Shown in pieces: positions 19,622 to 29,256 of a stretch of 64,000 bases of DNA; within the stretch, counting starts at the first letter, position 1, and each line of letters starts with the position of its first letter. Where the stretch lies: positions 29,749 to 93,748 of the forward strand of contig UQHQ01000005.1 of assembly GCA_900540945.1 (NCBI GenBank), given 5' to 3'. The position numbers and the translations under genes are program-made. The notes below the pieces were generated by a model. The model had not been told where the DNA came from. It did no database searches and saw only the letters and a program-made list of their open reading frames with translations. This DNA is from an uncultured Collinsella sp. (lineage in GTDB: Bacteria > Actinomycetota > Coriobacteriia > Coriobacteriales > Coriobacteriaceae).

Positions 19622-21046
19622 CTATGCGAATGGCTCGTCCTGCTGTATGGGAAACGTCACCGTAATGGTGGTTCCTACGCCCAACTCGCTCGACAGATCG
19701 AGCGTGGCGTGATGATACAGGGCCGCATGCTTGACAATGGCAAGCCCCAGACCGGTTCCGCCGCGCGCCTTGGACCTACTCTTGTCCACGCGATAGAACC
19801 GCTCAAATACCTTGCCCTGTTCTTCAGGCGCGATACCGATTCCCGTGTCGGCGACCGCGAGGAACGGATGGCCTTCGTCGTTGGTGCCGCACTGCAGCGT
19901 AACCGTACCGCCGGGTCGATTGTAGCGGATGGCGTTGCTTGCCAGATTATAGATGAGCTCGTCAATCAAGCGCGACACGCCCTCGATGACCACAGGCTTG
20001 GTCTCATGACTTATCGTCACATTCGCCTGACGGGCGACCTGTTCAAGACGCTGCTCAACCGCGTAGATGGCACGCGAGAGCTCAATAGGCTCCGTGGACC
20101 CAATGGGCACCGCCTCGCCCTCAGTTGCACGCTCGGCCTCGTCCAAGTTAGACAGCGTAAGGATGTCGTTGACAAGCGCTGCCAAGCGGCCCGCCTCACG
20201 ATAGATGCGACCGCCAAAGTTGCGCAGGTCGTCCTCGCCCTCGACCATGCCGTTTGCGATGAGCTCGGCATAGCCCGAAATCGCCGTAAGCGGCGTCTTG
20301 AGCTCATGGGTGATATTCGCCGTGAACTCGCGGCGCATACGGTCGTTGTCCGCCAGCACCGCCATTTGACGCTTGAGTTCCTGGCGCTGCGACTCGATAC
20401 GCTCAAGCATGGGGACCATCTCGGCATAGGCGTGCTCATAGCTACGGCGTGGGTGGTCCAAATCCACCTCTTGCAACGGCGCGATGATGGCACGGGACTC
20501 GCGGCGCGCCATAAAAAACGAGAGTACCGCGCCCGCTGCTGCGATAAGCAGCATCGGCGCCACCATCGACAGCAAAATCGCTGCAACGCCAGGCTGGGCC
20601 TGCGCCAAGCGGACAACCTGGCCGTTATCAAGGGCGACGGCGCGATACAGCATAATCTCGTCGAGCGTAGAGCTTGCGCGCTCCGCGGAACCCGAACCAT
20701 TCTCAAAGGCTTCGATGACCTCGGGGCGATCGCCATGGTTGGGCAGTGTGGAAGGCGACGCCTCGTTGTCGTAGGCAACCGATCCATCCTTGTTAATCAG
20801 CGTGATGCGCAAGTCCTCGCGATCAAGGCTACGCAAGAACGGGATGGGCTCCTGCTGCTCGTCGAGGGCGGCAGCAATGAGCTCGGTTTCCTGCGCCAGA
20901 TTGGCACTCGTGGCATCCGCCAAGGTGTTTTGCACAAAGAACGCACCCAGCACCGTAAACGCCACGATAACCGCCATGGCGCAGACAAAGATCGTCACAA
21001 AAACGCGGTGCGACAGCGTATGTTTTCCCTGGGGGGCGAAGACCAC
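19622..21046 (-). CDS. Sensor histidine kinase (partner of the upstream OmpR-family regulator; PhoR-like by context)
   Basis: 2 TM + extracytoplasmic domain. H-box ITHELKTPLTAISGYAEL, N/G1/G2 boxes (GGTGLGLAIVK). Confidence 0.85.
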   Translation of the reverse strand: MVFAPQGKHTLSHRVFVTIFVCAMAVIVAFTVLGAFFVQNTLADATSANLAQETELIAAALDEQQEPIPFLRSLDREDLRITLINKDGSVAYDNEASPSTLPNHGDRPEVIEAFENGSGSAERASSTLDEIMLYRAVALDNGQVVRLAQAQPGVAAILLSMVAPMLLIAAAGAVLSFFMARRESRAIIAPLQEVDLDHPRRSYEHAYAEMVPMLERIESQRQELKRQMAVLADNDRMRREFTANITHELKTPLTAISGYAELIANGMVEGEDDLRNFGGRIYREAGRLAALVNDILTLSNLDEAERATEGEAVPIGSTEPIELSRAIYAVEQRLEQVARQANVTISHETKPVVIEGVSRLIDELIYNLASNAIRYNRPGGTVTLQCGTNDEGHPFLAVADTGIGIAPEEQGKVFERFYRVDKSRSKARGGTGLGLAIVKHAALYHHATLDLSSELGVGTTITVTFPIQQDEPFA

Positions 21047-21049
21047 GGG

Positions 21050-21778
21050 TTACTCCTCCGATGCGGTGGCCGCGGTGACGTCACCTTCAGCACCATCACC
21101 GGCAGAAGGCTCGGCCAAGCGGTAGCCCACGCCGCGCACGGTCTCGATGGCGCTGGCATGCTCGCCCAGTTTTTGGCGAAGCGTCTGCACGTGCACGTCA
21201 ACAGTGCGCGAACCGCCGTCGAAGTCCCAACCCCACACGCTCTGCAGCAACGACTCGCGGGTAAAGACCACGCCGGGCTTGCGCATGAGGTACTCGAGCA
21301 GGTCGAACTCGCGCAGGGTGAGCTTAAGCGGCTCGCCGGCAACGGTCACCTCGCGATGGCTGGGCGAAAGCACGATGTCGCCCACGCTGAGCACATCGCT
21401 CGCCTGCTTGACCATTCCGCCGCGACGCAGCAGTGCGCGGCAGCGGCTCGCAAGCTCCATGAGCGAGAAGGGTTTAGTCAGGTAATCGTCGGCACCGCCA
21501 TCGAGCGCCATCACCTTGTCGAGCTCGGTGTCCTTGGCGGTAAGCATCATGATGGGCACCGTCGCCGTCAGGCGGTCGGCGCGGAGGCGGCGCATAATCG
21601 CCAAACCATCAGTATCGGGCAGCATGATATCGAGCAGCACAGCATCGGGCACCCGTCGCGCCACGGCGGCCTTAAACTCGCCGTCGCACGAAAAGCCCTC
21701 GGCCTCGATTCCCTGCTTGCGCAGCGCATAGACCGTCAGATCCCTGATGTTGTCATCGTCCTCGACGTAATAGATCAT
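21050..21778 (-). CDS. OmpR/PhoB-family response regulator. The track ORF extends to 21802; the likely start is the ATG at 21778 (MIYYVEDDD) with RBS AAAGGGG.
   Basis: Receiver domain (DD...D, K), winged-helix C-terminus GVGYRL. Confidence 0.85.
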   Translation of the reverse strand: MIYYVEDDDNIRDLTVYALRKQGIEAEGFSCDGEFKAAVARRVPDAVLLDIMLPDTDGLAIMRRLRADRLTATVPIMMLTAKDTELDKVMALDGGADDYLTKPFSLMELASRCRALLRRGGMVKQASDVLSVGDIVLSPSHREVTVAGEPLKLTLREFDLLEYLMRKPGVVFTRESLLQSVWGWDFDGGSRTVDVHVQTLRQKLGEHASAIETVRGVGYRLAEPSAGDGAEGDVTAATASEE

Positions 21779-21842
21779 GTTGAACCCCTTTGCGGCCGAC
21801 ATGACCGCATCTTAACCCTAAAGGTGCCTGTACTAGATGGTA

Positions 21843-22733
21843 TCAGCCAAAACGGCCCGTCAAATAATCCGCCGTGCGCGGATCGATCGGGTTTTTGAAG
21901 AGCTGGGCAGTGGGCGCATGCTCCACCAGCTCGCCCAGCAAAAAGAACGCGACCGAGTCGGAGATGCGCGCAGCCTGCTGCATGTTGTGCGTAACGACCA
22001 CCAGCGTGCAGGTCTCCCTGAGCTCGCAGGCCAGCTGCTCCACCACCAGCGTCGATACGGGGTCGAGCGCCGAGGTCGGTTCGTCCATCAGCAGAATGTC
22101 GGGCTGCACGGCCAGCGCACGGGCGATGCACAGACGCTGCTGCTGGCCGCCCGAAAGACCCAGACCCGATTCTTTGAGCTTGTCCTTGACCTCGTCCCAC
22201 AGGGCGGCGCGTCGCAGGGAGTCTTCGACCAGCTCGTCGAGCACGACGCGGTCGCGCACTCCCATGCCGCGAGGACCGTAGGCGACGTTGTCGTAGATGC
22301 TCATGGGAAACGGGTTGGGGCGCTGAAACACCATGCCCACGCGCTGGCGCAAACGGCAGATGTCGTAATCGCCCAGGATATCTTGACCATCGAGCGCGAT
22401 CTTGCCCTCGATGTGGCAATCCTTGATGCCGTCGTTCATGCGGTTAAAGCAGCGCAGCAACGTGGACTTTCCGCAGCCCGAAGGCCCGATAAACGAGGTG
22501 ATCTGCTTGTCGCGGATCTTGATATTCACGTCCTTGAGCGCATGATGGTCGCCATAGAACAGGTCGAGGCCCTCGACGTCGATGCGCGTCGGCGAGGCGG
22601 CAAGATCCTCTGCCGTGGGGCGAGTCGCATCCCCAACCTCGCGCTCGTGCGCGGCCTCGACCTGCGCTTTCATGAGTTCTTCAAGCTCCGTGGGCTCCAC
22701 AGCCGCAGCAGCCGTCATACCGCATACCTCCAC
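21843..22733 (-). CDS. pstB: Phosphate ABC transporter ATP-binding protein PstB (lone copy; no pstS/C/A or phoU in the window)
   Basis: Walker [10 protein letters not shown], signature LSGGQQQRL, PstB-specific ALDP/HNMQQA motifs. Confidence 0.9.
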   Translation of the reverse strand: MEVCGMTAAAAVEPTELEELMKAQVEAAHEREVGDATRPTAEDLAASPTRIDVEGLDLFYGDHHALKDVNIKIRDKQITSFIGPSGCGKSTLLRCFNRMNDGIKDCHIEGKIALDGQDILGDYDICRLRQRVGMVFQRPNPFPMSIYDNVAYGPRGMGVRDRVVLDELVEDSLRRAALWDEVKDKLKESGLGLSGGQQQRLCIARALAVQPDILLMDEPTSALDPVSTLVVEQLACELRETCTLVVVTHNMQQAARISDSVAFFLLGELVEHAPTAQLFKNPIDPRTADYLTGRFG

Positions 22734-22821
22734 ATCGATATCAATTCAGCAGTATCGATAGTAGAAATCGCGGCTCATATGCACGTGAGCGCATTGTCAA
22801 GTGTTTGTAAGGGCGCCTACG

Positions 22822-24060
22822 CTACGTGGCGGGCAGCTCGATGGTGAATATTGTGTGTTCGGGCGTCGATTCACATGCAACGGTACCGCCGTGTGCTGCG
22901 ATGATCTCCTTGGCGATGGCAAGCCCCAGTCCAGCGCCGCCGCGATTGGTCGCACGCGCCGCATCCAGGCGATAGAACTTCTCAAAGATCACCTTGAGCT
23001 TTGCCTCAGGGATGGGATCGCCCTGATTGATAAAGCGCACGCGCACGCCGCCATCGTCTTGGCGCCCGGCCTCAATCGTGATAGTCGAGCCCTCATAGCT
23101 ATAGGCGACGGCGTTTTTCATGATGTTGTTAAACACGCGGGCCATCTTGTCGCCATCCACGAGCACCGTCATGTCCTCGCGAATATCAACTTGGGCTTCC
23201 TTATGCTGCTCGTTGAGGATGGGATAGAACTCGTCAGCCACCTGAGCCAGCAGCAACCCCAGATCAACATAGCCGCGCGTGAGCACGATATCGTGGAAGT
23301 CAAAGCGCGTGATATCGAAGAACTCCTCGATGAGCGCATCGAGCCGGTGCGCCTTGTCGAGCGCCACGCCCGTAAAGTGCGCACGTTGCTTAACCGGCAG
23401 CTCGGGAGCCTCTTGCAGCAGCGAAAGATAGCCCACCACACTGGCAAGCGGGGTGCGTAGGTCATGTGCCAAGTACGTGACCAGATCGTCCTTGCGATGC
23501 GACTCGTCACGCAGGGCCTGTTGCACCTTGCGCTCACGGTCACGCACGCGGTTAAGGGCGCCCTCGACCTCCAAGAAGTCGCCGTCGATGTTATCCCAAG
23601 TGTCGGGGTGATCGATCAGGCGATCTTGAATACGAGCGGCCAGCACACAATCGGCATGCTGCTCGCCCTGCTCGTAGCCCTGGTAGTACAGGGCGCGGCC
23701 GCAAAAGAACAGCACGCACACGGCAAGCGCCAGCACAAAGCCAAGCATGTTGAATACAAAGCCGGCATCGAACAACACCGGACCTTCGATGCCGCCGAGC
23801 GCCATGGCGCCAATCGTCAACGTCATGGCCCACGCGGCACCGCCAATCACCACGCAACGGCGCACGATTTCAAATCGATCGATCAGCAAAAACCCGATAA
23901 GCAAAACTGCCAAAATGCCAGCGATGTTGTCGATACCGACCAGCAGCAGGCTCAGCAAAAAGAGCAGTACCGTCGCGAGCGCGCGGTTGTCGACGACCGC
24001 CCTCACGTATTCAAAGAGTCGATCGGGCACCTCGAACGCCTGTCTATCATCTTTTGTCAT
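22822..24060 (-). CDS. Sensor histidine kinase (VanS/short-sensor type). The track ORF runs to 24225, but the likely start is ATG at 24060 (MTKDD...), which removes the overlap with the regulator.
   Basis: 2 TM, H-box LAHDLRTPLASVVGYLSLL, G-boxes GGAGLGLAIAK. Confidence 0.85.
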   Translation of the reverse strand: MTKDDRQAFEVPDRLFEYVRAVVDNRALATVLLFLLSLLLVGIDNIAGILAVLLIGFLLIDRFEIVRRCVVIGGAAWAMTLTIGAMALGGIEGPVLFDAGFVFNMLGFVLALAVCVLFFCGRALYYQGYEQGEQHADCVLAARIQDRLIDHPDTWDNIDGDFLEVEGALNRVRDRERKVQQALRDESHRKDDLVTYLAHDLRTPLASVVGYLSLLQEAPELPVKQRAHFTGVALDKAHRLDALIEEFFDITRFDFHDIVLTRGYVDLGLLLAQVADEFYPILNEQHKEAQVDIREDMTVLVDGDKMARVFNNIMKNAVAYSYEGSTITIEAGRQDDGGVRVRFINQGDPIPEAKLKVIFEKFYRLDAARATNRGGAGLGLAIAKEIIAAHGGTVACESTPEHTIFTIELPAT

Positions 24061-24086
24061 ATCAAGATCCTCACAAGCGAAAAGCG

Positions 24087-24782
24087 TTATTCGATGATGT
24101 AGCCGACGCCCCAGACGTTTTTGATAAAGCGCGGTTTTTGGGCATCGTCGCCAATCTTTTCGCGCAGGTGGCGAATATGCACCATCACGGTATTGTTGGA
24201 GCCGGGCATAAAGTCCTCGTTCCACACCGCGCGGAACAGGTCCTCCACGGGCACTACGCTGCCGCGATGCTCGGCCAGATACAGCAAGATGGAATACTCG
24301 ATGGGCGTGAGGCGCACCGGCGCACCGTCCACTGTCACGGCACGAGCGTCGCGATTGATCTCGAGACCGTCGAGCTGAATGACCGGAGACTCAGCCACCT
24401 GCACTCGGCTACCGTAGCTGGTATAGCGGCGAAGCTGGGCGTGGACGCGCGCAACAAGCTCCAACGGGCGGAACGGCTTGACCACGTAATCGTCCGCACC
24501 GAGCGAAAGGCCCTCAATCTTATCCTGCTGGGCATCACGAGCCGTCAGCATAATCACGGGATAGGTGTGGCTGGCACGAATCGTGCGCAGCAGTTCAAAG
24601 CCGTCGATATCAGGCAGCATGACATCGAGCAACGCCAGATCAAACTCTTGCTCCAAGATTGCTTTGGCCGCGTCGGCCCCGCTATAGGCAATCTGAACAT
24701 CAAAGCCTTCTTTTGTAAGGTAGATACCCACCAGGTCGGCGATGGCCTTCTCGTCGTCGACTACCAAAATGCGCTCGTTCAT
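24087..24782 (-). CDS. OmpR-family response regulator
   Basis: MNERILVVDDEKAIADL receiver, C-terminal winged helix VWGVGYIIE. Confidence 0.9.
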   Translation of the reverse strand: MNERILVVDDEKAIADLVGIYLTKEGFDVQIAYSGADAAKAILEQEFDLALLDVMLPDIDGFELLRTIRASHTYPVIMLTARDAQQDKIEGLSLGADDYVVKPFRPLELVARVHAQLRRYTSYGSRVQVAESPVIQLDGLEINRDARAVTVDGAPVRLTPIEYSILLYLAEHRGSVVPVEDLFRAVWNEDFMPGSNNTVMVHIRHLREKIGDDAQKPRFIKNVWGVGYIIE

Positions 24783-24943
24783 GCGTGCTCCTCTCGCGCT
24801 CCATTATGCCCGAGGGGACGCTCGCCACACACAACAAGCGCGGGCGATTAAGTCGTCCTTAAGCACCCATATGTCCGTTCGGGCACAGATGCAGGCCATG
24901 CGCGCGCTCGACGCTCGCCTGCGCCGGCAAACGATATACTCTA

Positions 24944-26320
24944 GTGCCAGAAGAGACCACCCCGTCGAAAGCGAAATCCGTGAAGCCCTTCACCTCTTTT
25001 GCAAAGCGCTCTGCCCAGCTTGCTGCCGGCTTTATCTGTGCCGTCGCCCTTGTTGCCGGCGCGCCAACGGTCGCCGGCGCCCAAGTGCTAACAACTGACG
25101 ACATTTGCGGCAAAACCGCCGATGCACGCGGTATTACGGCCGAAAACCTCCCCGATATCGAGGCAACCAATGCCGTTGTCATGGGGAAAGACGGCACCGT
25201 CTACTACGCCCGCAGCGCCGATGATCAGGTCAAGATTGCCTCGATCACCAAGGTGATGACCGCGATCCTGACCGTTGAGAACTGCAAAATGGACGAGAAG
25301 ATCACGGTGAGCAATGCTGCCGCCACCGTAGGCAACTCGACCGCCGGCCTGCTCGAAGGCGACGAGCTCACCGTGGAGCAAGCTCTGCGCGGCCTGATGA
25401 TCCCCTCGGGCAACGATGCCGCCATCGCGCTTGCCGAGCACGTGGGCAAAAAGATCGACCCCAAGACCAAGGACGCCATGGCCACCTTTGTAAAGGCCAT
25501 GAACGAGCGCGCTCAAGAGCTCGGCTGCACGGGAACGCTTTTTGAGAATCCGCACGGTCTGGACTTTGATGAGTGGGCCGGTAACATGCACTCCACCGCG
25601 CACGATGTAGCCCTGATGATGCAGGAGGCAATGAAGAACGACACGTTCCGCGAAATCGTGGCGAGCGATGATTCCTGGATTGAGGTTACGGGCGCCGACG
25701 GTTCCGACCATTCGCATTCCATGGATACGCACAATGAGCTGCTGGGGCAGGACGGCAATATCGGCGGTAAGACCGGCACCACCGACGATGCCGGCTATTG
25801 CTTTACGGGAGCCTACAACCGCGATGGCGACGAGACCTACACCGTCGTCTTGAACTCCAGCACCACCGATCAGCGCTTTGCCGACACGGCCGCCCTTGCC
25901 AACTGGTACTACGACCACAAGGTGACGGTTGCGATCGCCAACACGCAGGAAAAGACCGCCAACGGCAATCCGCTCATCGCGCGCATCAGCCAGACCGACT
26001 GGACGGACAAGACGATCGATGCCACGCTCGCCGATCCCGCAGCTCAGGCGACCGTCTTTGCGCTTGCCGGAGAGGTGACCGAGAAGGTTACCTATGATGA
26101 CCTTTCGGGCACGGTACATGTGGGCGACAAGGTGGGTAGCGTGACGCTCAAGCAAGACGGCACCAAGATCGCCGTCATGGATTTGGTTGCCGACGAAGAA
26201 GGCTCGGGGCCGAATCCCATTGAGTGGCTCCTTGTGAAGCTCGACCGCCTGGGCCGCCGCATCGACAATCGCCCGCTTACGGCAGAAAGCGAAACCGTAG
26301 CCAAGGCACCCGAGATGTAG
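24944..26320 (+). CDS. Serine-type D-Ala-D-Ala carboxypeptidase (peptidase S11, PBP5/DacA-like) with signal peptide. GTG start.
   Basis: SITK (SxxK), SGN, KTG motifs. The C-terminal domain resembles the PBP5 C-terminal domain. Confidence 0.85.
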   Translation: MPEETTPSKAKSVKPFTSFAKRSAQLAAGFICAVALVAGAPTVAGAQVLTTDDICGKTADARGITAENLPDIEATNAVVMGKDGTVYYARSADDQVKIASITKVMTAILTVENCKMDEKITVSNAAATVGNSTAGLLEGDELTVEQALRGLMIPSGNDAAIALAEHVGKKIDPKTKDAMATFVKAMNERAQELGCTGTLFENPHGLDFDEWAGNMHSTAHDVALMMQEAMKNDTFREIVASDDSWIEVTGADGSDHSHSMDTHNELLGQDGNIGGKTGTTDDAGYCFTGAYNRDGDETYTVVLNSSTTDQRFADTAALANWYYDHKVTVAIANTQEKTANGNPLIARISQTDWTDKTIDATLADPAAQATVFALAGEVTEKVTYDDLSGTVHVGDKVGSVTLKQDGTKIAVMDLVADEEGSGPNPIEWLLVKLDRLGRRIDNRPLTAESETVAKAPEM

Positions 26321-26346
26321 GGTCGAAGGACAATACGCTCGCCGAA

Positions 26347-26386
26347 AGGAGGCATCCGAAAGGATGCCTCCTTTTTTGAGGGTTCG
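26347..26386 (+). terminator. Rho-independent terminator of the carboxypeptidase gene
   Basis: ggaggcatcc-gaaa-ggatgcctcc followed by tttttt. Confidence 0.7.
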
Positions 26387-26405
26387 AATCCCCAGCGCCC
26401 TTTCT
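26381..26405. repeat. Short tRNA T-arm mimic (inverted copy of the tRNA-Ser T-arm) downstream of the tRNA-Ser terminator
   Basis: gagggttcgaatccccagcgccc versus tRNA-Ser T-arm/acceptor ctggggttcgaatccccagctctcc on the opposite strand. Confidence 0.45.
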
Positions 26406-26409
26406 CGAT

Positions 26410-26453
26410 AATAAAAAAAAGGCCCCAAATGGGACCCTTCTTTCAATTCATAC
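26410..26453 (-). terminator. Terminator hairpin + T-run downstream of tRNA-Ser
   Basis: On minus: CCA-gtatgaattgaaagaa-gggtcccatttggggcc-ttttttttatt. Same architecture as the terminators after the other tRNAs. Confidence 0.6.
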
Positions 26454-26544
26454 TGGCGGAGAGCTGGGGATTCGAACCCCAGATGCCCTTTTGGGGCATA
26501 CTCGCTTAGCAGGCGAGCACCTTCGGCCTCTCGGTCAGCTCTCC
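26454..26544 (-). tRNA. tRNA-Ser (anticodon GCT), type II with long variable arm, CCA encoded
   Basis: GGAGAGC acceptor, anticodon loop CTGCTAA, variable arm TATGCCCCAAAAGGGCATC, T-arm TGGGGTTCGAATCCCCA, GCTCTCC-G-CCA. Confidence 0.9.
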
Positions 26545-26638
26545 GTAACAGCCGTTCTATAGTAACCAAACAGCCGAAGTTGAGCAAGAGGGAATTTTCT
26601 AATTGCCTAGAGGCCTTTCCTCCTTGCAGTTTTCGCCC

Positions 26639-29080
26639 CTACCCCAACGAGCGGTTGAGGGAGCCAAGTTCGTCGTTGCCCATGGTGCGCCACATTTGGA
26701 AGATGCAGACGCGCGCCAGGAAAAAGAAGCCGTTATCGACCAACTGCACAGCAGCATCCGCCAGCTGGTTGGTCACGGCGAGCACGGGAGGCAGCTCGAG
26801 CCCGGCTTTACGGATGGTCTCAACCGCATCCTCGAACGTCGGCGGCTCATTGACGCCCATCTCGTTCATAAGGCCCTGCATTTCCTCCAGCGCGCTGCTA
26901 CCCGACTCCTCGCCGCGCGGCACGAGGCGGTAGCACGCCAACGCGAGCTCGAGCTGGTCGCAGTTCCAATAGGCAAACGCCAGACGATAGAACAGATAAC
27001 CGATTGCGGAACGGTCACTGGCAATGCGCAGGCCGTGGCGCGCAACCTCGATAATCTCGTCAAAGCGCTCCAGGCGCGCCAGCACGTTGATGAGCGCAAA
27101 GTGCGACTGCATGGACGAGCGAGCCAGATCGTAAAGACGACGCACCTCGGGCAATGCCCGTTCAAAATCCTCCTGCTCGGCGTAATAACTGCAGATCTCG
27201 TGCTGGGCAAAGTACAGCGCATCGGGAGCACGCAAAATACGAACGGAGCGGTCTTCCTCCATTACCGGCAGCACCATGCGTACCAGCTGGTTGTCGCAAA
27301 ACTGCGTCTGGACCGGACCCGTTGCCAAAAGCTCGGCAACGGCGCACTTAGCCTCCAACTCCTCAACAAGACGGGAGAAGCCCTCAAACGCGCTTGCACG
27401 GTCAACTTTTGCCTGCTCGCGCAACTCAACGACGCGCGCCACATACGGGTCATCGTCCATCTCCATGACCTCGAGCTCATCAGCCGTATCGGCAAGCAGC
27501 AGGTCACGCAACGCCGGCGGCAGCGAACGGTGGTCGTCACGCGGGCGAGCGTGAACCTCTGCAGGCTCAATCGCATCCGGCGCGTCCGACTCATATGCCT
27601 CAAGCATGCGCTTGCACGGCATATCGTCCATATCCATGCTCTCAAGATCCTTGGCGACAGGCACGCAATTGGCCAGATAGGCCGCACGCCCAAAGGAATA
27701 TGTTGCAATGACGCGCTCGCCCTGCTCGCCGTCGGGAGCCGCAATCTGAACATAGCAGCGCGCAATGCAGGCACCTGCGGCAAAGCAAGCCGCTGCCAGC
27801 GTAAGCGCCACGCGCGCGTCGTGCTCCGCGGCCCAAATCGCACGCGCACTCTCGTCCAACTCGCGCCAAACATCATCCTGGGCGTCGTATTCACGTTGTG
27901 GCATGGCATCCACGACAGAGTGCCCAAACCGAACGAGCATAATCCCCTCGGCAACGTTTGCCCGATAGGTATAGTCGAGCCGTGTGACCACGTTAAGTGC
28001 CTCGACAATACGCGCGAAGCGGCTGCGCACATCCCACTCACCGCCCGGCTGGCAAGCCACCGTTCCCGGTTTGCCCCACGGGTTGTCGCTCGAGGCCGTA
28101 TCGAGCAGTCGGGGAACATCGTTGGTCGTCTTGGCGATATGCCACGCGTCAAAGAGCGCGCAGCCCTCAAGGCTCGGCGAGGATGCCGCCGGGACCAATC
28201 CGGCCCCGATGCGTTCAAGGATGCCAGAGAGGCGATTGAGACGGCACTCGATGGCAAGCAGCATGTCAATCTCGTCCTGGTCCAGCAGGCTGCGATCAAA
28301 ATTGAGATAGAACAGCTTTGAGCGGTCGATGCGCGCTAGGCTCATTTCGGACTTGGCAGCAATGGTGCGCAGGCGGGGTAAGTCGATCTCGCTCATAAGG
28401 GCGGCGGCATAGCGCTCGATACCGCTCGGATTCTCGGCATGGTCAACACGGTAAAGCAGCGTCTCGATAGCATCGGGGAGCGGTGCCGTGTCAAAGCCCA
28501 AAAACACCTCGACCGGCTCGGGCAACTTTACGAGTTTGATCTTGTCGACAACGTTTTGCATGTCTGCATCGAGACCGTCGACGCCCGCCGTGTTCGCAAG
28601 AGCGCTTTCGGAGTTGGCAAATATCACGTAGCGCAAGAACATCGAGGCCATGAACTCGCCGAAAGGAAGGGCGCGGGTCGAATTCCATGTCTCGTGGTCG
28701 GACTGCTCGCGCATGGGGCCTTCGGGAGAGCCGGCAGTTCGCGCACACGCGCGCATTGCACCGTTAGCTTCCCTCACCATAATCTCGCCAATACTGGAAT
28801 CGGACTCGTGAAGGACCAGCTCCATGTCAGGGTCCTCGGGCAACGGTACTTCCCGAACAGGACGATCAACCTTATAAACCTTGCCCGACACGCTCACGTA
28901 GCCCAAGAGCGATATGTGAGTTTTGCCGACGAATTCGACGACATAGCACGACTCTTTGGGGTCCTCGCCAAAGACTTTCCAGACAACACCATATGAGCGC
29001 CCCGCAGGCTGCTCTGGCATCGATGGAAAACGCTTTTTGGGGTCGAGAAACCTGAGCTTGTATGTCGGACGCTCTGCCAC
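26639..29080 (-). CDS. Large hypothetical cytoplasmic protein (813 aa), acidic, C-terminal TPR-like helical repeats. No recognisable catalytic motif.
   Basis: Long uninterrupted ORF with coding-like GC3 bias. The C-terminal about 150 aa show helical-repeat character (AIGYLFYRLAFAYWNCDQLELALACYRLV). Flanked by tRNA-Ser and the tRNA-Arg array. Confidence 0.6.
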   Translation of the reverse strand: MAERPTYKLRFLDPKKRFPSMPEQPAGRSYGVVWKVFGEDPKESCYVVEFVGKTHISLLGYVSVSGKVYKVDRPVREVPLPEDPDMELVLHESDSSIGEIMVREANGAMRACARTAGSPEGPMREQSDHETWNSTRALPFGEFMASMFLRYVIFANSESALANTAGVDGLDADMQNVVDKIKLVKLPEPVEVFLGFDTAPLPDAIETLLYRVDHAENPSGIERYAAALMSEIDLPRLRTIAAKSEMSLARIDRSKLFYLNFDRSLLDQDEIDMLLAIECRLNRLSGILERIGAGLVPAASSPSLEGCALFDAWHIAKTTNDVPRLLDTASSDNPWGKPGTVACQPGGEWDVRSRFARIVEALNVVTRLDYTYRANVAEGIMLVRFGHSVVDAMPQREYDAQDDVWRELDESARAIWAAEHDARVALTLAAACFAAGACIARCYVQIAAPDGEQGERVIATYSFGRAAYLANCVPVAKDLESMDMDDMPCKRMLEAYESDAPDAIEPAEVHARPRDDHRSLPPALRDLLLADTADELEVMEMDDDPYVARVVELREQAKVDRASAFEGFSRLVEELEAKCAVAELLATGPVQTQFCDNQLVRMVLPVMEEDRSVRILRAPDALYFAQHEICSYYAEQEDFERALPEVRRLYDLARSSMQSHFALINVLARLERFDEIIEVARHGLRIASDRSAIGYLFYRLAFAYWNCDQLELALACYRLVPRGEESGSSALEEMQGLMNEMGVNEPPTFEDAVETIRKAGLELPPVLAVTNQLADAAVQLVDNGFFFLARVCIFQMWRTMGNDELGSLNRSLG

Positions 29081-29160
29081 GAAATATCACCCTGATCGGT
29101 CGTCGAGAGAAGGAGTGGTCGCGGATGGGCCGCGACACCTACTCGGAATCTTACACGAGT

Positions 29161-29215
29161 CGATAAGAAATAGTCCGCTTTACACTCACGCCTCGACTGA
29201 GGTTCGGATCCATGG
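29161..29215. repeat. Partial (3' about 55 nt) copy of the tRNA-linked GC-rich element
   Basis: gtccgctttacactcacgcctcgactgaggttcggatccatgggatgccggcg, similar to the ends of the full copies at 29276-29404 and 29701-29830. Confidence 0.55.
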
Positions 29216-29256
29216 GATGCCGGCGTAAAAGAAAAGCCCCCGTTGCCGGAGGCTTG

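Noticed and set aside
25088-26587. 499-aa minus-strand ORF overlapping the D,D-carboxypeptidase gene
   Set aside because: Antisense to a gene with SxxK/SGN/KTG motifs and a signal peptide. No motifs of its own.
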